A stretch of DNA of 64,000 nt from Octopus vulgaris (taxonomy: Eukaryota): assembly GCA_951406725.2 (NCBI GenBank), contig OX597817.1, positions 87,358,001-87,422,000 of the forward strand, written 5' to 3'. The position numbers and the translations under genes were made by a program. Positions 57,566-64,000 of this stretch are shown here, piece by piece. Position 1 is the stretch's first letter, and the number at the start of each line of letters is the position of its first letter. The notes under the pieces are model-generated. The model made no database searches. It was not told the origin of the DNA and was given only the letters and a program-made list of their open reading frames with translations.

Positions 57566-58819
57566 TTAGAGATAGCATGTATGTATATGTGTGTATTTGT
57601 ATATGTATCTCCATGGGATAGCGAGGGGGATAATGTGTACGTGTATTCGTATTGTATGCGAGAGGAAATCGTGGGGAACGAGAATATGACTGGCGCGATG
57701 GGGTGGGGTGAAGGCGAAGGTAAGAGAAGACACTGATGACGAATATGAACAGCGAAACAGAAAGATAAAATGAAAAAAATATATTAAGTAAAAAATACAT
57801 TTAAAAATGATAGAAAAATAGTTAAGTGATAACACTGGTGAAAAGTTAGGGGTTATAAAATAAGTACAGTATCCGAAAAAAGTAACGAAAGATCGGATAA
57901 GATAATATCGTGGAACTGAGAACTGACAGAGAAACAAAAAGGAGAAATAGCGAGAGAAACAATTTGGTGTTAAACATTGAAAAATGTTTATACATATATT
58001 AGAAAGAAAACATAAGAAAAATACGAAGAAAAAATATCGTTGAGGAAGCTAAGTGAAGGTTATTATTTTTTTATGGATTTAAAAAAAAACATATATGTTA
58101 CGCACGGAGTGAGTCATACAATCCAGTGGTAATTTCCAGAGATAAAAAGCCACCGAAGTGGTAAACGTCAGAGGTGAATTCCAGAGATAAAACATGCAAT
58201 TTCTTTATTAATCATGAGGTTAAGAAAAAGAGGTGACGATACGAGGACAAACAAAACAAACATTGGGGTCAGGGTATCGAATGAGACGAAACGCATGAAT
58301 ACAAAAACAATTAAAATATATACAATTAAATGAGAATGAGTGATTTACTAAAAAATGAAGCGGAGGACGCGGTCGACCCCACAGACCACATACTCACACT
58401 GAAGACTTTGCTTTCTCCTTTTTATATTCTCGTTTCGACAGGTTCTTTCACTCGCAGCTTACTTGCTATAGACTTCTATCTGTAGTGGAGAATTGAATGC
58501 ATGGATGTCGGTCAGAATTTTCTGTCACTTATTTTCTTTTATTCATCCAACTGAATTACCTGCTCATTGGAATTGGCGTATGAGCCTTGCATTGCTTCAC
58601 AGGTGTGCATATCCCTAACGTATTTCTCAAACAGAATTACTGCAACATAATCAAGACACTTTATCATGACACACCATAATCATGAAACAAAAATGGATAT
58701 TTCATCCGACACATTTCCAGAAAATTTCTGTCAGTAAACTTTGACTCCCAGGACATGGTTCGATCCTGAGCCACATCGTAAACATTTTTTGTCAAAATTT
58801 GAACGCAGTGACTTCGAAT

Positions 58820-59195
58820 CCTGGATCTTGCGTCCTTTACTGTTTTTACTTTTTGATTGCTTTTACTGTTTTCTTCTTACTTTCCTGTTCTTGTTACCAC
58901 TTTTACCCTCCGCAAAAAATCCCAAATTTTATTTAATTTGCTTTGCGGGAAGGACAATTTCAACGAAGTCACGTCTTGTCCTTACCTTCTACATGCGGAG
59001 TAGATTAAACAGGGACAACTGAAGAAGGGGAATATTATTTATGTTACATGTCTCGTTTGTCTGGGGGTTTTTTCGGTGTTCGAAAAAAGTTCGTTTCTAT
59101 GTTTTTGTTTTTATGTTTTCGTTTCTCATTGTGTTCCACGTTCTTTTTATGTCCTGTGCTCATATATGCATGTAAATATACATATGTATGTAGGT
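58820..59195 (+). mobile_element. PLE-type pLTR related to 46420-46800, with a degenerate rearranged hammerhead
   Basis: Clear alignment (tactgtt..ttgttacca..tttaccc..ctgaagaagggg..tatgttttcgtttctcattgtgttc..tgtcctgt.ctcatatatgc); GAAAC mutated to TACAT. Confidence 0.75.
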
Positions 59196-59515
59196 ATGCC
59201 ATCCTACGAGCATGAACTGATAGAAGTGCTATCCTACGACTATGACCCTGTAGAAGTGCCATCCTATGAGTATGACCTGGTAGAAGTGCCATCCTACGAG
59301 TATGACCCTGTAGAAGTGCCATCCTACGAGTATGACCTGGTAGAAGTGCCATCCTACGAGTATGACCTGGTAGAAGTACCATCCTACGAGCATGACCCGG
59401 TAGACGTACTATCCTACGAGTATGACCCGGTATAAGTGCCATCCTACGAGCATGACCTGGTAGACGTGCCATCTTACGAGTATGACCCGGTAGAAGTGCC
59501 ATCCTATGAGTATGC
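59191..59515. repeat. 30-bp minisatellite, ~11 units
   Basis: Consensus tagaagtgccatcctacgagtatgaccYgg with exact 30-bp period. Confidence 0.95.
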
Positions 59516-60130
59516 CGTCCGATTTGGTAATTATTTCAGGTGCTTTTAGTATTAACGAGTGGACATAGACCCACACTCGAACCTTGCACACTTGATCCAG
59601 CAGAACATTTAGGATGTGACAACTGGAAGACACGTGGGCTCCACCAGTGCTCGACCCGTACTACTTTAACTGAGTAAACTGGAGCAACATGACAGGTACT
59701 TTGGTGAAGGACTCAATGCACTGCTGGGTCGGGGAACCAAAACCACAACCTTATGATCAAGTGCACAATACCCGAATCATTACACTTCACGCCTTCACAG
59801 ATTTCTTCACCACACAAAATATTCTATAAGTGTTATGGAAAATGATATTGAATAAACATTCTCTATTGTATCACTTAGTAGAAAAATATATGTGCATCTT
59901 TTCTATTTACACATTTGAAAAAAAGTATCTTTTATACTTTTATTTATTCACCTAAGAATGCAATTTCACGAATCAATATTGGCAATAGTCTGTATGCTGT
60001 CTTTTAACGGAGACGTTTGTCTGTTTTCGAGGTTGTGCTATTGCAAACACAAGAGTGAGAAAGTGTGTGCATTGCGTCTTTGAGGCAAGGGTGTTAGAAT
60101 ATAATGTGGCGAATCAACAAGAGAGACAGA

Positions 60131-60192
<62 letters not shown>

Positions 60193-61593
60193 AAGAGAGC
60201 TTTTGAAGAATAATAAAGAGACGCGGAGGAAAGGAAGGCATACAATGTATGCGAGGACGTATGTTAGACATTTCTAAATAATACAAATATTACACATATA
60301 AACACATAGAGCACATATATGTACATGATGGCTGCAAGTCTATTTCGAGTAATGCTACCGCTTGAGTATGATCTCAGACACAAGCAGCGCGAATGAGCCT
60401 TTCAGTCCTGTTTGTGACCTACACTCTTTTGCACAGATGTGGAAAAGATGGGCGCCTTTTGCAGCAGATGTTCAGAGAGTTACCTCGCACACTGACACAT
60501 GCTTTCATTGTATCGTGGAATGTTTTTGTAAAGTGCTTTGCCTTTCTCGACTACGGCCAGATATAATATGTAACACATATTAGAGATGTTAAAAATCAAT
60601 TTTCTTCCTATCCCCAGCTGCTGGATGGCCATTGACTCTAGTTCAACCGCCTTTTTATAGGTTTTGATTTTTATCAGGGCAAGATGTCCAACGAAAACCA
60701 CATTCGTTACCAGGTAGGCTTGGTGCGTTTACCGGTTTAGTCACAAATGGCCCGACCATGCAACAGGTTGTACTGAAATACTTGTTACCAGTTGTACTAA
60801 GAGTCACCTGACAAAATATAATCAATACATCATGTATTCATAGAATGTATACGTATATACTTACATACGTACACATATACGCATGTGCGTGCAGATGTAA
60901 ATATATGCACTTACATATGTACATAAAAACACAGAAATGCATTTTCATATAACTCCTGAATTACTTAGGTTCCATTAATGCAACGTATGTCACTTTAATA
61001 TTCAATTAAAGTGAGGAATGAGAATTTTTATTCACATTAATTTTCACCGTTCGTACGAGAGGTAATTAGACTAATATTCTAAATACAAATTGAGTGAATA
61101 TGACCGAGTACATATGTATGTGTGCATCTACGCTCGCACGATATTTCAGTTTTACTGCTTTCTGGTTAAACATTCAGCGATGCAACTCTGTGTTAAAATG
61201 TAACTTGACAATGTGAAAAACTATACATTACAAGTAGCAACGTTATAAAAACGGTTTTAAAACTTTCATTTTCACTTGTGTGTGCGTGCATACACGTACA
61301 AACACGAACACATTTTGAATGATTGATTCAATCGGTCTCCTGGTTTAATATCATCACGTACGTCTCGGGTGGTTTTAGCGCATTCTTTTGCAAGCATTCG
61401 GGTCAAATTACGTGGATATCTCTCTCCCTCCGTCCAACCAGTCTTAGAGGCCCTTGACAAGTTTATAGGTACTCTTCTTCTCACTCTCTCTCTCTCGTCC
61501 CCCTCTCTCTCTCTTTCTCTGTATGTATATGTGTATGTTGTCTCCATACTTGTGTGCATGTATATATGTGTGTGTAGTTTGTGTGTGTGTAGC

Positions 61594-61649
<56 letters not shown>

Positions 61650-61699
61650 GTGTGTGCATACATCTTGGAATAAGAGTTTGCGCGTTACATAGTTCATCA

Positions 61700-62200
61700 G
61701 GCTAATGTTAATGAAAAAAGTCCACGATCACTGTTGTGCAGGAAATGTTTTAAATTCAGCCACACTTTCACTAGTCCGTGAAAAATCTTTCTGTAAAGTT
61801 TGACAAAATTCTCTCTTAATTAAAATTTATTCAAATGACTTAAATATAAACTACCATCAATTAGTTTTTTTAACCAGCTCCATCTGTCATTTTACGTGAT
61901 GTCTTGATATTTTATGTAACGTTCTAATATTTTCACTGAACTCCTGATTAACTTTCATTGCATTAACAGCACAATGTTCAAGCTAATAATTTCATTTTCT
62001 TCCGTCGATTCGAAAAATTAAGAGCAAATTGATAACCGTGTTGACTTTTATTACATCAAGCTGATTTTTATGGTTTGCTGCAATTTCTGCTAAATTCTAC
62101 TACAGCCGTACATAAAATACATTCTAAATTAACTATATGTTTGCTCAAAGTTAAATTAGAGATAGGATCTAAATTTCATGCTTTACAATTTGATACCACA
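61700..62200 (-). mobile_element. Decayed hAT transposase fragment
   Basis: Minus-strand pieces resemble the VNxI..HRxF..LLxHxxVRWLS..VLxR region; many stops. Confidence 0.35.
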
Positions 62201-63219
62201 ATGTTTAGAATTTACGTTTTCTCTTTCAGATTGTCTTTCACCTTTATGAAGCATGAAAGCTAATCACAAGCAATACCTGATGCTAGGATGAAACAACACT
62301 ATCTCTTATAACCCTGGAAATAACCCTAGATAAAAGCGATGATATATTTAGTCAAATAAACTGTTGAAATGATCGTGTTGTTTTGTGTTTGGTATGAAAC
62401 CAAATAAAAAGTTTCAGTCTAGGCATATCCATGGAATAATTATTTTAGTGTGTTTATGGGTTAGAACCCTTGGTTGAGGTTGTATAAAATTTATTGAACA
62501 AAATACAGTAAGATATGTCTGCAACTTGCTGATATTTTTGGATAGTTATGGATAATGTGACATCTACACCTGCAAGCACATTCAGCATTTTCTGTCACAA
62601 CGCGGATGTTTAAGGAGCATCCCTACCTCTTTTATTGATCTGGTATTTAGTAGCTACCACTTATTACTGAATAGCAAAGTCATCTACTTCTAGGTGAGAT
62701 GTGATACCTCAAACACAGGTATTTCTTGAATATGTTTCTCTTTGGAATAGCTATCAGTGTGTGTGTGTGTGTTATCCTGTCTTCCATGGCATTACCAGTT
62801 TACTATATCATCATTGACTGTAAGTTATTGGGTTTATTTTCAGTATTTTAACTTATATGATCCTGACGCAAGAAATTAGCAAAATTCGATTTGTACCTAG
62901 ATAGAGTAGGTCATGTATGACAATGTGCTATGTGCTAACGATGGTTAAAATATAAACCAGTTCTGGTCAGAACGTTACACACTCCAATACTATCACTAAA
63001 TCTAGAATCTCATTATAAAAGTGTGAAAATGGATTTATACGAAGGGCTAATGTCAAGCTGAGATGTTTATACTTTCGATAAACCTTAGCAAAGTAAAAAA
63101 TATAATAAAACAAAAATAAACAAACTGCTTCAACAGTTACCCAACTTCAAATTTCTATTTCCTCATTATGATATGAAATAATTATAACGTATAATACTGA
63201 CCTAAGCTGACAACTTTTA

Positions 63220-63390
63220 GGAGAGTGGCGGGGGGGGGACTCGATTATATTGATCCCAGTTATTGTTTATCGATTTGGGGAATAAAAATACAGTCGACTT
63301 ATGCGATATTTGAACACGAAACTGAAAAGTATGTAACTAAATACTGTTTGAGATTTTGTCAAGTTTCTTCTGTTTTTATCTCTCACCATT
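63220..63390 (-). mobile_element. Degenerate SINE family B
   Basis: tcgattatattgatcccagt..tttatcga..agtcgact..atttgaac. Confidence 0.5.
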
Positions 63391-64000
63391 TCTGATATAA
63401 AAAAAAAAGAATATTAGAATTGATTATGAACATTTAGGTGCATAAATTAGATGCTCTAAAACTAAACAAAATGTTTATAGAGGAATTTGAACTCCCGACT
63501 ATTGTATTCATCTTCCTTTTGATATTTCCACTTAACAATTAACATTTATAATAAACACTTAATATCGAGATAAACTCTATGTGATCACTAGGCATACTAG
63601 AGAATATCAACTAAATCACACCCTGGCGTCATAAGGTGTTAGGAACACATTAGATAATGTATTCTTAGATACCTCTGAACAACATGATAGTCATGACCTG
63701 AACGCCTTTGATCATGTCTGTTCAGTAAAGAGAGACCTCAGTTAAATAACAACAGGTTGCAACGTCCGTTATTTGCGGGAAGTATGACGTCAAAGTTATT
63801 GTGTAAAAACGAAGGGATAATTTTTCCAAACACGTTTCCCATAAAATCAAAACTACAATTCTAAATATAAAAAAACAAGTATTGTACTGGATCATTTCTC
63901 CGAAACTTGGACATTCTCCTGGTGTGATGGAAAACAATGCCAATTTCTAAAGTTTATAACAATAACGGAAATCGATCTAAAGAATACGATTGAAATAGCC

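Noticed and set aside
57732-57765. CTGATGA..GAAAC hammerhead-like pair
   Set aside because: No credible stem II, stem III or NUH site.
59191-59515. CRISPR-like regular spacing
   Set aside because: Pure tandem units with no unique spacers, in a eukaryotic context.
60362-60583. Possible exon in unique GC-richer sequence
   Set aside because: An acceptor-like site is present, but there is no convincing donor or homology.

Overview
AT-rich, microsatellite-dense eukaryotic non-coding DNA. The SINE families and repeat landscape look like an Octopus genome (inference). No intact host protein-coding gene can be supported, and almost all long ORFs in the track are translated microsatellites. The window is a mosaic of tRNA-derived SINEs, decayed LINEs (RTE, L1/Tx1-like), Tc1/mariner and hAT relics, Penelope-like element (PLE) fragments, several fold-back inverted repeats, a near-perfect 3x1.31 kb tandem triplication and a 30-bp minisatellite. 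The most notable signal is a hammerhead-ribozyme core whose three strands occur in a non-circularly permuted order: cleavage strand, then GAAA strand, then CUGANGA strand. It appears in three diverged PLE-type repeats (46568-46628 +, 58970-59030 +, 5940-6001 -) with compensatory base changes in stems I and III and a co-conserved upstream hairpin. All calls were made by eye, and element boundaries are approximate.
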